From positions 42,966,001 to 43,030,000 of the forward strand of contig OZ024751.1 in NCBI GenBank assembly GCA_964016885.1: 64,000 nt of DNA, read 5' to 3'. The translations under genes were made by a program, and so were the position numbers. Position 1 is the first letter of the stretch; the number at the start of each line of letters is the position of its first letter. Below the pieces are notes generated by a model. It searched no databases and was not told where the DNA came from. It was given only the letters and a program-made list of their open reading frames with translations. This stretch comes from Eledone cirrhosa (taxonomy: Eukaryota). Positions 14,681 through 28,736 of this stretch are shown here, in pieces.

Positions 14681-15280
14681 GTTGGTGCTACTGGTAACAT
14701 GTATCCCAGTACAACCTGTCTCATGGTCGGGTCGTTGGCGACTAAACTGGCAACCCCACCAAGGTTTCTTGGTGAGGAGGGTGACTTTGGACATCCTGCA
14801 GGACTAAAAACAAAACCTGTCAAAGGGCAAAGGAGCTCTTAAAAGTCAATGGCCATCCAAAATCACCGGGAGAGATGACCCCTTAGCCTTTGTCAAGGCA
14901 GAATTCTAGGAGAAGGAAAACTCTGATATAACACCTGCAACCCTGATGGTATCCAATGATGTTGACTTGTTCTTCTTTTTGGTAAATATCATCTTGGTTA
15001 AGAGAGTGGGACTGGCTTTGTGCAGTGCCTTTGCTCACTATAAAAGCTTCACGGCACAGGCATTGCTTTGTATCTGGAGATCTCTCTGCACTTGTCCTCA
15101 CATGGTACCATGGGCCCAGCACTATGTGTCAATAATTGTCACAGGTGTAGTGTTTGTACCAGAGTTTTCAAGTCGCTGGCTGGACTAAAAAGTCACACTC
15201 GTTCAGCGCTTCGGTAGGGGTTCTCCTACATGGATGTAAAGTAGTGGCCGTACTCGAAAACGAGTTGGCAGCCACCATAT
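14681..15280 (+). mobile_element. Internally deleted (bipartite) RTE-clade LINE derivative
   Basis: RTE-like 5'UTR motif GGAGAAGGAAAACTCTGA. 15146-15208 encodes [21 protein letters not shown], a C2H2-like finger typical of RTE ORF C-termini. Ends in a TA/TATG microsatellite tail. Confidence 0.65.
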
Positions 15281-15477
15281 GTATGTATATGTGTGTATGT
15301 ATGTATATGTATATGTGTATGTATGTGTATGTATATATATGTATATGTGTATGTATATGTATGTGTATGTATGTATATATGTGTGTATATGTATGTATGT
15401 ATGTGTATATGTATATGTATGTATGTATATGTATGTATGTATGTGTGTGTATATGTATGTATATATATATGTATATG

Positions 15478-15508
<31 letters not shown>

Positions 15509-15716
15509 GTATATGTATGTATGTGTATATGTATGTATGTGTATGTGTATGTATATGTATGTATGTATGTATGTATGTGTGTATATATGTATGTATGTAT
15601 ATGTATATGTATGTGTGTATGTATGTATGTATATATGTATGTATGTATGTGTATATGTATGTATGTGTATATGTATGTATGTGTATGTGTATGTATATGT
15701 GTATGTATATATATAT

Positions 15717-15979
15717 GCTGCTTTGTGTAGTGCCTTTGCTCACTATAAAAGCTTCACAGCACAGGCATTGCTTTATATCTGGAGATCTCTCTGCACTGGT
15801 CGTCACATGGTACCATGGGCCCAGCACTATGTGTCAATAATTGTCACAAGTGTAGTGTTTGTACCAGAGTTTTCAAGTCGCTGGCTGGACTAAAAAGTCA
15901 CACTCGTTCAGCGCATTGGTAGGGGTTCTCCTACATGGATATAAAGTAGTGGCCGTACTCGAAAACGAGTTGGCAGCCA

Positions 15980-15982
<3 letters not shown>
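15717..15982 (+). mobile_element. Second, 5'-truncated copy of the RTE derivative
   Basis: Near-identical to ~15014-15278. Confidence 0.8.
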
Positions 15983-16063
<81 letters not shown>

Positions 16064-17049
16064 AATACATATGTGTATGTGAGTGTGGGGAGAGATAGAT
16101 AGAGAGATTGTTGTCTATTTTGCATTGTTTTTATATTTTGAACATATCCAAAGGTCGTACATGTCTTCAGGCTTCAAGAATAATATCAGTTATTACAAGC
16201 ATGCACACATACATACATATATACACATACATATATACACATACATACACATACACACATACATACACATATACATATATACATACACACATACATACAT
16301 ACACATTTACACATACACACACACATACGTATACACACACACACACATACATATACACACACATACATACATACATACACATATACACATACATACACAT
16401 ATACATACACATACACACATACATACACATATACATATATACACACACACATACATACATACACATATACACATACATACACACATACGTATACACACAC
16501 ACCCACATACATATACACACACATACATACATACATACACATATACACATACATACACATATACATACACATACACACATACATACACATATACATATAT
16601 ACACACACACATACATACATACACATATACACATACAGACACACACGCGTATACACACACACACACATACATATACACACACATACATATATACACATAC
16701 GTACACACACATACACATACATACATACATACATACATACATACACACTCGTACATGAACACACATACACATACATACGCACACACATTCATACACACAT
16801 ACATACACATATACACATACATACTCATAGGTACACACACATACACATACATACACACCCATACGTACACACACATACATACACACACACACAGACGTAC
16901 GAACACGTACGCACACATGCATACACACACGTACGTACACGCACACACATATACACACATACATACACATACGTACACATACATACACATACATACACAC
17001 ACGCACACATACATATTCACATTACATAAAATGGAGTATCAGTCATACA

Positions 17050-17320
17050 AGTAGCCTAGTGGTTAGGGTGTTGAACTTACAATCAAAATCTCGTGGGTTC
17101 GATTCCTGACCGGGTTATGTGTTGTGTTCTTGAACAAAACAATTCATTTCACGTTGCTTCAGCAGTATACCCAGCTGAAAATGAGTACAAACAATAGCTG
17201 GGGGTTTAACCCTGCGATGGACTGGCGTCCTGTCCAGGGGGAAGTCTTGTACTTTCAGTCGCTTAACAGATAAACACCTGCCTGATGTGCTACCGAGTTT
17301 AAGACAGGCTTAAGCCTTTA
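17050..17320 (+). mobile_element. tRNA-derived SINE, second family (CORE-like); duplicate at ~27290-27561
   Basis: A-box TAGCCTAGTGG, B-box GGTTCGATTCC, CORE-like TTGTGTTCTTGAACAA, 3' CCCTGCGATGGACTGGCGTCCTGTCCAGGG. Confidence 0.7.
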
Positions 17321-17343
17321 GATATATATTGTGTCGACAAAAT

Positions 17344-18260
17344 AAAGTACCAGTCATATATTGAGGTTGATATAATCCCACGCCTCCCCGAAATTTGTGA
17401 CTTTGGAATCCATTCATTGGCTACTAAAGTACCAGTCATATATTGAGGTTGATATGGTCCCACGCCTCCCCCAAAGTTGTGGCTTTGGAATCCATTCATT
17501 GGCTACTAAAGTACCAGTCATATATTGTGGTTGATATGGTCCCACGCCTCCCCCAAAGTTGTGGCTTTAGAATCCATTCATTGGCTACTACAGTACCAGT
17601 CATATATTGTGGTTGATATGGTCCCACGCCTCCCCCAAAGTTGTGGCTTTGGAATCCATTCATTGGCTACTAAAGTACCAGTCATATATTGAGGTTGATA
17701 TAATCCCACGCCTCCCCGAAATTTGTGACTTTGGAATCCATTCATTGGCTACTAAAGTACCAGTCATATATTGAGGTTGATATGGTCCCACGCCTCCCCC
17801 AAAGTTGTGGCTTTGGAATCCATTCATTGGCTACTAAAGTACCAGTCATATATTGAGGTTGATATGGTCCTACGCCTCCCCCAAAGTTGTGGCTTTAGAA
17901 TCCATTCATTGGCTACTACAGTACCAGTCATATATTGTGGTTGATATGGTCCCACGCCTCCCCCAAAGTTGTGGCTTTGGAATCCATTCATTGGCTACTA
18001 AAGTACCAGTCATATATTGAGGTTGATATGGTCCTACGCCTCCCCCAAAGTTGTGGCTTTAGAATCCATTCATTGGCTACTACAGTACCAGTCATATATT
18101 GTGGTTGATATGGTCCCACGCCTCCCCCAAAGTTGTGGCTTTGGAATCCATTCATTGGCTACTACAGTACCAGTCATATATTGTGGTTGATATGGTCCCA
18201 CGCCTCCCCCAAAGTTCTGGCTTTAGAATCCATTCATTGGCTACTAAAGTACCAGTCATA
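17344..18260 (+). repeat. 82-bp minisatellite, 11 units
   Basis: AAAGTACCAGTCATATATTGAGGTTGATATGGTCCCACGCCTCCCCCAAAGTTGTGGCTTTGGAATCCATTCATTGGCTACT; unit starts at 17344, 17426 ... 18246. Confidence 0.97.
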
Positions 18261-18373
18261 GTGTGGCTGACTAGTTAGAGAATTGGATTCACAATCTTGA
18301 GGTTGTGAGTTCGATTCCTGGACCGGGCGATGCGTTATGTCCTTGAGCAAGACACTTTATTTCACGTTGCTCC
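18261..18373 (+). mobile_element. 5' part of CORE-like tRNA SINE
   Basis: TGGCTGACTAG A-box-like, GAGTTCGATTCC B-box, TGTCCTTGAGCAAGACACTT. Confidence 0.7.
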
Positions 18374-18697
18374 TTCTACCTGGAGTTGCGACCGATAGAT
18401 AGTATTAGCAACTGGAAAGACCGACGGAAACACTGTTTCCTCGGTCCGATTTTGACGAAAGTCGATCGATCCTAATCCCACGCCTGCCCGAAATTTGTGG
18501 CTTTGGAATCCTTTCAATGACTAATAAAGAAATGGTTATTATTTCTGAAGAGAGTGAGTGCCAAAGTTAGTGGGGGGAATGTCGTAGAAAAGACATCGAT
18601 CAAGTACTGGGGTTAATTTAGTCCACTAATATTTCTGGCTTTCCTCCAATATTAGAAACCATTATGTATACATATATACACATATTGGCTCTACGTA

Positions 18698-18742
<45 letters not shown>

Positions 18743-19039
18743 TACACACACGTAGAGGCCATGATATTTATTTTACTGAAATACTTCCTTCTAATTATTT
18801 TAGATTAAGAAAGTATATTATAGAAATAAACTAAGAAAGACAATTCCGATTAATAATATTGATTTTCTGAGATTGGTAAATATCCAAATACTTCGAGGTT
18901 AAGTGGAATTATCAACTGACTCCATCCAACTATATTAAGGTCTATTACTGGTACATATTATATCTATCCCGGCTGGAGGGGCGCCAAGTACACTCTGCAG
19001 TGTTTTGAACTTAAAACGAAAAAAGAACGAATATCAGAA

Positions 19040-19644
19040 ATGGTTGGTTTCAACTTTAGTGGGTGACGGGAAAGTCTATTAAATTGACCCCAGTGCATTA
19101 CTGGTATTTTATTCCAACGACCTTGTAAGGATGAAAGGCAAAGTTAACCTCGGCGGGATTTGAAATCAGAACGTTAAGGGCTGCCGTAACTCTATGCCAC
19201 GAAGCATGGTGTTCGACGCTCTACCGATTACTGCCAATCCACCGTCTTTAATGGAACTAATATAAATAATTGTTTCTACATTTGGCACAAGGCCAGCAAT
19301 TATCCCAGTTTATTACTGGTACTTTATTTTATCGACCCCGTAAGCATGAAAGGCAAAGTTAACCTCGGCGGAATTTGAACTCAAACCATAAAGGGCCGTA
19401 ACTCTTTGCTGCAAAGGATGGCGTCCGACCCTCTACCGATAGTGTCAAACCACCACGAATATAAATAATTGTTTCTACTTTAGGCACAAGGCCAGAAATT
19501 ACCCAGTGCATTACTGGTACTTTATTTTATCGACCCCGTAAGGATGAAAGGCAAAGTTGACCTCGGCGGGATTTGAACTCAGATCGTAAAGGGACGTAAC
19601 TATGCTGGAAAGCATGGCGTCCGATCCTCTACCGATATTGCCAA
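19040..19644 (-). mobile_element. Three tandem SINE copies; duplicate at ~29050-29634
   Basis: Three reverse-complement cores ATGAAAGGCAAAGTTRACCTCGGCGG.ATTTGAA. Confidence 0.85.
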
Positions 19645-19658
19645 TGAAAAATATTTAG

Positions 19659-19832
19659 ACGTGGTTAGACTGCGTGAAGAGTGATTTGTATAAATGGAAC
19701 TTGGCCGATGTCGATACTATGGACAGAAATTTATGGAGAGCGGCTGTGAGACATTGCCCGATGTTGCCTAGCTCAGAGTCCAGGACAACCGCAGCACACT
19801 AAAGACCAAAGCTGGATATGGATGGATGGATG
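19659..19832 (+). mobile_element. 3' end of RTE/RTEX-like LINE; duplicate at ~29649-29823
   Basis: Encodes TWLDCVKSDLYKWNLADVDTMDRNLWRAAVRH..*, the W.D.V..DL / DR..WR signature of RTE-type ORF ends, followed by a (GGAT)n tail. Confidence 0.7.
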
Positions 19833-20773
19833 GTAGAGCATACATATTGCCTAATATCGAAAAAGGTTTCCTCCAATTCCTCGTTCGAGGGCATATGTCC
19901 TCCTCCTTGTCCTTTCCTTGATAAATTCCTCGAAGCATTCCCTTTCTGACACACACCTGCTATGGTTCTACCGTTTCCTACCGTTTCCTAACAAAGAATG
20001 GGATTATGTTGTTGCCAGTATTTTATTTTCTATTGTCGTGTAGGCTTGTGAAAAACGACGACGTCTACATCTAATCATGTTAGAGGAGGAACCCTTTTAA
20101 AAATGAGGAAATATATTTTTTTAATCTCTTGAAAGTAACAACAAGGAGAAAGCATACATATAGGCAAGAGCTACATCATATGATATGCAGTGGGAGAGAA
20201 AAAAAATCCCATTATTAAGAACCAGTCTATGGGGAAATGGATATCCCATTTAGATGTGGGGATTGATAATACGAAATACATAATTATGAACAATTGAAAT
20301 ACGTACAAATACGTAAATTATATTTCCCATGTAACTGTCAAACATATTATAGTAACAAAAATAAACTTAGCTTGTTATAGAAATATACAAAGGCGAAGAT
20401 TACTAAATCTTGCAAAGAAAAGAGAAGATATAATCACATAAACAGAACATGAAGAATCATTGTTTTCTGTTGTTTTAAAAGAGAAAAACCCAATAATAAA
20501 AATAACTTATTCTACTAGAATGTTTTTATTATTATTGTTAGTTATTAGTAGCATTAGTAGTGTTAGTATTAATATGTTTTTTATTCTACACATATCTATA
20601 AATCACTGTTGTTAATTTCCAGTTCTTTGACCGAAACAGAACGATATATTATGATTAAACAACATACAATCGTGAAATATAGCATATAAGTAAAAGACAA
20701 CTAATTTTTAATTTTGCCTTCTATCGTGAAGAGCTTCATTCTCTCTCTCTCTCTTTCTCTCTCACTCTTTCCT

Positions 20774-20820
<47 letters not shown>

Positions 20821-20880
20821 TTCTATCTCTATCTCACTCTCTCTTTCTCTCTTTCTCTCTTTCTCTCTTTCTCTCTCCCG

Positions 20881-20943
<63 letters not shown>

Positions 20944-21007
20944 ACTCTCTCTCAAACACTTAAACACATACACGTTCTCTCTCTCTCCCTCTCTCTTCTC
21001 TTTCTCT

Positions 21008-21081
<74 letters not shown>

Positions 21082-21711
21082 CCACCATCTCTTTCTCTCT
21101 CCACGAAGAAATAAAAACGTCCGAAATATTAGGCATTTTAACTAAGAACTTCTCAGCCGACCCTCGTATGTTGTTTGAAAGTGTAATGACAGAACCATAG
21201 TATAATTTATTCAGTTTCAACACACGCAATCTCAGATTGGTTCATATGCCAAAGAATTCTAACACTAAAATAACATTATAGAGAAGTTACAGAATCGGAA
21301 GGAAAGGTTAAAGAAGCTATTCAAATGGAAATGATACGAAGTGTACTAAACACAGGAAACCTTCGACATTTCTATTCACAAAATTTGGCCACTTCCAAAC
21401 GTAAAATGTTCTATAAAAATATGAACGAATAATAGGGACGAAACCGGAAACGTTAGACACAGCAGCCAGGAAATAAGTTCTTTGTGAAAATATTAGTTTC
21501 TGTAAAGAATATAATGACGATGCCTTGGACAGATCAATACTAAATTATACCAAAACAGTTTGGGAGAAATGTAGCGAAGAGATAACAATAAGATTTATCC
21601 AAATGCTTCAGTAACTGAAAGTGAGAAGGGGTGAGGTTTGATGTTAACTGGAGGGAGGGGTGATAGAATACCAGATGTCGGGATGAAATACTTTCAGGAA
21701 TATTTACCATT

Positions 21712-21958
21712 GATTGGCAGTAACGGTAGAGGGACGGACGCCATGCTTTGACGCATAGAGTTACGGCCCGTGCCATTCTGAGTTCAAATCCCGCCGAAGT
21801 TAACTTTGCCTTTCATCTTTACGGGGTCGATAAAATAAAGTACCAGTAATGTACTGCGATAATTGGTGGCCTTGTGCCAAAAGTAGGATGAAAGGCAAAA
21901 TTAACCTCAGTGGGATTTGAACTCAGAATGGCAAGGGCCGTAACTCTATGCGTCAAAG
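21712..21958 (+). mobile_element. SINE followed by an inverted partial copy of itself; duplicate at ~31614-31860
   Basis: 21886-21958 is the reverse complement of ~21747-21818. Confidence 0.85.
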
Positions 21959-22077
21959 AAGGATTTATTGATTTAATTATTTGCTAATATACAGTCTTCT
22001 CGATCAAGACTAGAGTCTCTGACTAATGAATCGAATAGATTTGCTTGAGTAGATATTATTTCACAATACTATCCATA

Positions 22078-22163
<86 letters not shown>

Positions 22164-22199
22164 AAACTTATGGCAAAAAGTATTAGAGACAAATAACTT

Positions 22200-22239
<40 letters not shown>

Positions 22240-22605
22240 CTGTGTGTGTGTGTGCGTGTGTGTATGTATGTGTGTGTATGTAATATATCTGAGTGTATGT
22301 GTGTGTGTGCAGCACTTTCTATATGTATATATGCGGGTGTTTCCGGGTATGTGCATGAGTGTAGTCTGATTAACATTCTGATGATGGTGATGATGCTATC
22401 TATTTGTTTATCTAATGAGCAATCATAGTATTGAATGTGATAAAGTTAGTGAAATAAATCTTATATATATATATATATATGTATGTATATGTATGTATAT
22501 GTATATGTATGTATATGTGTGTGTATGTAATCACAACACGCAAAATATAGGAAACCAGTGAGATATAATTGATATTCTATATCTCCAACTATATATGACA
22601 CACAC

Positions 22606-22661
<56 letters not shown>

Positions 22662-22864
22662 CTATATATATATATATACATACATACATACACATACATA
22701 TGCACACTTATATACGCGTATATACATATGTATATCTATATACATACATACAAATATACATACTCATACACACTTAAACAGACTAAAATATCCATATAGA
22801 TATATATATATATATATATATGTGTGTATACATACATACATACATACATACATACATACATACA

Positions 22865-22896
<32 letters not shown>

Positions 22897-23180
22897 ATCA
22901 CCCGTTGTCGATACCTATTAAGGATAAAGATAAAAGGCGTGAAACGGTGCATGAAGAAAAGTTTCTCTTCAATTCAAGCAAATGAAAGATCAATGAGATT
23001 CTCAAGAAAGACATAATCTCCGATTACTGGAACGTATAACTGCTTACCTTATATTGACAGCTAATCATAAAAAGAAAGTTTTCATAGATATATTGAGACG
23101 TTACATCAAACAAAATGGAAGTGATTTTCTGAACAAATTTGCGATCGAAATTATCTATAATTTTTTTTGGGGGGTTCTTT

Positions 23181-23294
<114 letters not shown>

Positions 23295-23495
23295 GTGTGT
23301 GTCTGTGTGTGTATTTGCTTCCATTTTTTTATGGAGTTTTACTGTTGTCTGTTGGAGTGTTTGGCGCAGATAAGACCTAATTAGAAGAAAGTTATACACG
23401 AAACTTCAAAAATATTCTTGAGGCAATTAACCAAATATCGAATAATTTATCGTATTTACTAAGTTTATGAATATCTTTGTATATACGCTGATACA

Positions 23496-23565
<70 letters not shown>

Positions 23566-23713
23566 CTTTTTGCTACAATGTTTTCTATACCTTTAAGTTA
23601 TATATATATATATGTGTATGTATCTATGTACGTATGTATGTATGGTGAATTATTCCCGTCATAGCTACCATTATTTGATAAATATATATATATGTGCGTG
23701 TTCGCCTGTGAGC

Positions 23714-23809
<96 letters not shown>

Positions 23810-23925
23810 GCTGTTTAGATTTGTATAATATAATGTAAACTTTAAATTATACATTTACAAGTATGTTATAAATTTTATTTAAAAAAAAGAGATATATATA
23901 TATATCGAAATATTGAAAAACGAAA

Positions 23926-24064
<139 letters not shown>

Positions 24065-24109
24065 ATATATATTATGTCTGTGTGTGTATGTGTATATATA
24101 TATATATAC

Positions 24110-24312
24110 AGATGCGAGAAAAACCACAAACCCTTCATCTCAATTCAACTTTTGAAAAACATAAGGACTGTGAAACCGGTAAAGGAAACAAATAAAATAT
24201 TCTTAAAAAGACTCCAGTTGCATTTTCGATTTCATCTTTTTTCCTTATACTTTCACTCGTGTAGGGCATCTCGTTTTTTTTTTCTCATTTAAAAATAACC
24301 CTCATTTTCTTG
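24110..24312 (+). mobile_element. (TA)n-embedded hammerhead insert (family of 60786-61086); duplicate at ~34419-34622
   Basis: 24149-24184: CTT-TTGAAAA-ACAT AAGGA CTGT-GAA-ACCGGT-A-AAG; downstream sequence aligns with 60958-61086. Confidence 0.7.
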
Positions 24313-24327
24313 TATATATATATATAT

Positions 24328-24359
<32 letters not shown>

Positions 24360-24578
24360 ATATATAAATTCAGCAAGAATCGTATTTCGGCGGGTAGAAA
24401 TAAGCAAAAAGCAAAACTCAAATACATGTATATATATATATATACATGAGTGAACTACACGTTATATTGTGTGTGTGTGTATATATATATATACACATAA
24501 TATAACGTGTAGTTCACTCATGTATATATATATATATATGTATATGATATATATATATATATATATATATACTATATA

Positions 24579-24635
<57 letters not shown>

Positions 24636-24984
24636 CGGCGATGAATTAGTTTTGCGAGGTTTTTAAATAAATAAACAGACTAAATAAAGATGGCGTAGGC
24701 ATACAATGCAACGGGAGGAAACATAATAGCACCACTGACGATGTTGCAGATGTGCATCGAAAGAACTTTGTTAGACTATATATATGTGTTCGTGTCTATA
24801 TTGTATCTGTGTTTTTGACCGTTGGTCAGTCAATGGTAACATTGAGGACCGAATAAATTAAATTAACCGATATAAAAGACACAGAAGCGAAAGCCAACCA
24901 AACAGTGAGTGTGTTCTGTTATTAATTCCGCCAATATTATTACACAAATATGACCCTCCCCAAATATATATATATATATAATAT

Positions 24985-25026
<42 letters not shown>

Positions 25027-25031
<5 letters not shown>

Positions 25032-25843
25032 TATGAAGAGAGAAGAAACATTTAGATATAATTAGTAATAAAATGTATCATACCTAAACTACTCCTAGAT
25101 TGCTCGACTACGTAGTTTCGTGGCATAAACAAAAACAATACATCATAAAGATATAGAGTCCTTGCGAGGTCTGCCGACTTATCAAGAGGATACCTCATTT
25201 TTACTAGCCTCAAGAACGCGTCTACACGACGTGAGAAAGAATCCCAAAAGGCGGAGGGGGAGATAGTCACGCGATATAACGGTCGAGAAACAGAGCTAAG
25301 CCTCTTATAACCCCGAAGAAAATACCACGGAGGCGGAGGGGGTATTTATATCGAAGCCGTAGAAGAGGTGGTGAAGGAGGCGAGAAGTATGAGTGATGGC
25401 AGCTTTCCAGCAGTCACCACACTTCAAAGATTACTCGACCAGAGGGAGTTATTAACAATATATTTAGAAACACACAGATACGCGTCGTGTAGACGCGTTC
25501 TTGAGGCTAGTAAAATGAGGTATCCTCTTGATAAGTCGGCAGACCTCGCAAGGACTCTATATCTTTATGATGTATTGTTTTTGTTTATGCCACGAAACTA
25601 CGTAGTCGAGGAATCTAGGAGCAGTTTAGGTATGATACATTTTATTACTAATTATATCTAAATGTTTCTTCTCTCTTCATAATGTATTTTTAACTCTGAT
25701 ACTGGTTCAGTCTAGTTCAACCGGATTGGTCTGTCCCAGTCATTCATTGAGCAACATCAGTGAGGTTGGCACCCCTTAACTCACGGTGGGTGTGGATGCA
25801 TTCATGTATATATGTGTGTGTTCCGCATGTATCTGTGTGTTTC

Positions 25844-25851
<8 letters not shown>
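25027..25851 (+). mobile_element. (TA)n-embedded Penelope-like/retrozyme-like element, long fold-back form
   Basis: Inverted segment 25027-25481 then forward segment 25483-25851; hammerheads at 25101-25190 (-) and 25523-25612 (+). Confidence 0.8.
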
Positions 25852-25898
<47 letters not shown>

Positions 25899-26286
25899 TA
25901 TATATATACACACACACACAATATAACGTGTAGTTCACTCATGTATATATATATATATAATATACTATATATATATATATATATATATACACGCGTGATG
26001 TTAATAGTATCTAGGTAAGGTTGCAAACTTTGTTTGAAACCTGTCTTATACAATTCTATTACAAACTGTAGTTTCTTGAAAGATGTGATTATATCATAGA
26101 AAATTAATTAAAGTTTAATTATGAAGTGTTTCCAATCCTGCGTAAGCTACACGTTGAACCATACACAAAATACAATGTTTTTAATGTGATAAAAGCCACT
26201 GCCAGTTCATCTAATGGCCAAATTAACTATCCTACTGGAGAATTTTCTCAGGCTTTAATTTTCAGGAGTTTGTTGTGTCCGTTATC

Positions 26287-26486
26287 NNNNNNNNNNNNNN
26301 NNNNNNNNNNNNNNNNNNNNNNNNNNNNNNNNNNNNNNNNNNNNNNNNNNNNNNNNNNNNNNNNNNNNNNNNNNNNNNNNNNNNNNNNNNNNNNNNNNNN
26401 NNNNNNNNNNNNNNNNNNNNNNNNNNNNNNNNNNNNNNNNNNNNNNNNNNNNNNNNNNNNNNNNNNNNNNNNNNNNNNNNNNNNNN
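26287..26486. other. Assembly gap (200 N)
   Basis: Run of n. Confidence 1.
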
Positions 26487-27584
26487 GAGAGAGAGAGAGA
26501 GAGAGATTGTTGTCTATTTTGCATTGTTTTTATATTTTGAACATATCCAAAGGTCGTACATGTCTTCAGGCTTCAAGAATAATATCAGTTAATACAAGCG
26601 TGCACACATACATACATATATACACATACATATATACACATACATACACATACACACATACATACACATATACATATATACACACACACATACATACATA
26701 CACATATACACATACACACACACATACGTATACACACACACCCACATACATATACACACACATACATAAATACATACACATATACACATACATACACATA
26801 TACATGCACACATACATACACATACACACATACATACACATATACATATATACACACACATACATACATACACATATACACATACACACACACATGCGTA
26901 TACACACACACCCACATACATATACACACACATACATACATACATACACATATACACTACACATACATACATACATACATACATACACACTCGTACATGA
27001 ACACACATACACATACATACGCACACACATTCATACACACATACATACACATATACACATACATACTCATAGGTACACACACATACACATACATACACAC
27101 CCATACGTACACAGACATACATACACACACACACAGACGTACGAACACGTACGCACACATGCATACACACACGTACGTACACGCACACACATATACACAT
27201 ATACACACATACATACACATACATACACATACATACACACACGCACACATACATATTCACATTACATAAAATGGAGTATCAGTCATACAAGTAGCCTAGT
27301 GGTTAGGGTGTTGAACTTACAATCAAAATGTCGTGGGTTCGATTCCTGGACCGGGTTATGTGTTGTGTTCTTGAACAAAAACAATTCATTTCACGTTGCT
27401 CCAGCAGTATACCCAGCTGAAATGAGTACAAACAATAGCTGGGGGTTTAACCCTGCGATGGACTGGCGTCCTGTCCAGGGGGAAGTCTTGTACTTTCAGT
27501 CGCTTAACAGATAAACACCTGCCTGATGTGCTACCGAGTTTAAGACAGGCTTAAGCCTTTAGATATATATTGTGTCGACAAAAT

Positions 27585-28250
27585 AAAGTACCAGTTATAT
27601 ATTGAGGCTTGATATAATCCCACGCCTCCCCGAAATGTGTGGCTTTGGAATCCATTCATTGGCTACTAAAGTACCAGTCATATATTGAGGTTGATATAAT
27701 CCCACGCCTCCCCGAAATTTGTGACTTTGGAATCCATTCATTGGCTACTAAAGTACCAGTCATATATGAGGTTGATATGGTCCACGCCTCCCCCAAAGTT
27801 GTGGCTTTGGAATCCATTCATTGGCTACTAAAGTACCAGTCATATATTGAGGTTGATATGGTCCCACGCCTCCCCCAAAGTTGTGGCTTTGGAATCCATT
27901 CATTGGCTACTAAAGTACCAGTCATATATTGAGGTTGATATGGTCCACGCCTCCCCAAAGTTGTGGCTTTGGAATCCATTCATTGGCTACTAAAGTACCA
28001 GTCATATATTGAGGTTGATATGGTCCCACGCCTCCCCCAAAGTTGTGGCTTTAGAATCCATTCATTGGCTACTACAGTACCAGTCATATATTGTGGTTGA
28101 TATGGTCCCACGCCTCCCCAAGTTGTGGCTTTGGAATCCATTCATTGGCTACTAAAGTACCAGTCATATATTGTGGTTGATATGGTCCCACGCCTCCCCC
28201 AAAGTTCTGGCTTTAGAATCCATTCATTGGCTACTAAAGTACCAGTCATA
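27585..28250 (+). repeat. 82-bp minisatellite, 8 units
   Basis: Same unit as 17344-18260; starts span 27585 to 28236. Confidence 0.95.
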
Positions 28251-28699
28251 GTGTGGCTGACTAGTTAGAGAATTGGATTCACAATCTTGAGGTTGTGAGT
28301 TCGATTCCTGGACGGGCGATGCGTTATGTCCTTGAGCAAGACATTTTATTTCACGTTGCTCCTTCTACCTGGAGTTGCGACCGATAGATAGTATTAGCAA
28401 CTGGAAAGACCGACGGAAACACTGTTTCCTCGGTCCGATTTTGACGAAAGTCGATCGATCCTAATCCCACGCCTGCCCGAAATTTGTGGCTTTGGAATCC
28501 TTTCAATGACTAATAAAGAAATGGTTATTATTTCTGAAGAGAGTGAGTGCCAAAGTTAGTGGGGGAATGTCGTAGAAAAGACATCGATCAAGTACTGGGG
28601 TTAATTTAGTCCACTAATATTTCTGGCTTTCCTCCAATATTAGAAACCATTATGTATACATATATATATATACATATATACACATATTGGCTCTACGTA

Positions 28700-28736
<37 letters not shown>

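Noticed and set aside
17344-18260. CRISPR-like array
   Set aside because: Contiguous 82-bp tandem units with no unique spacers.
24728-24775. Hammerhead in insert 24633-24965 (CTGACGA..TGCA GATG TGCA..GAAA)
   Set aside because: Stem I does not pair convincingly; possibly a decayed member but not supportable.
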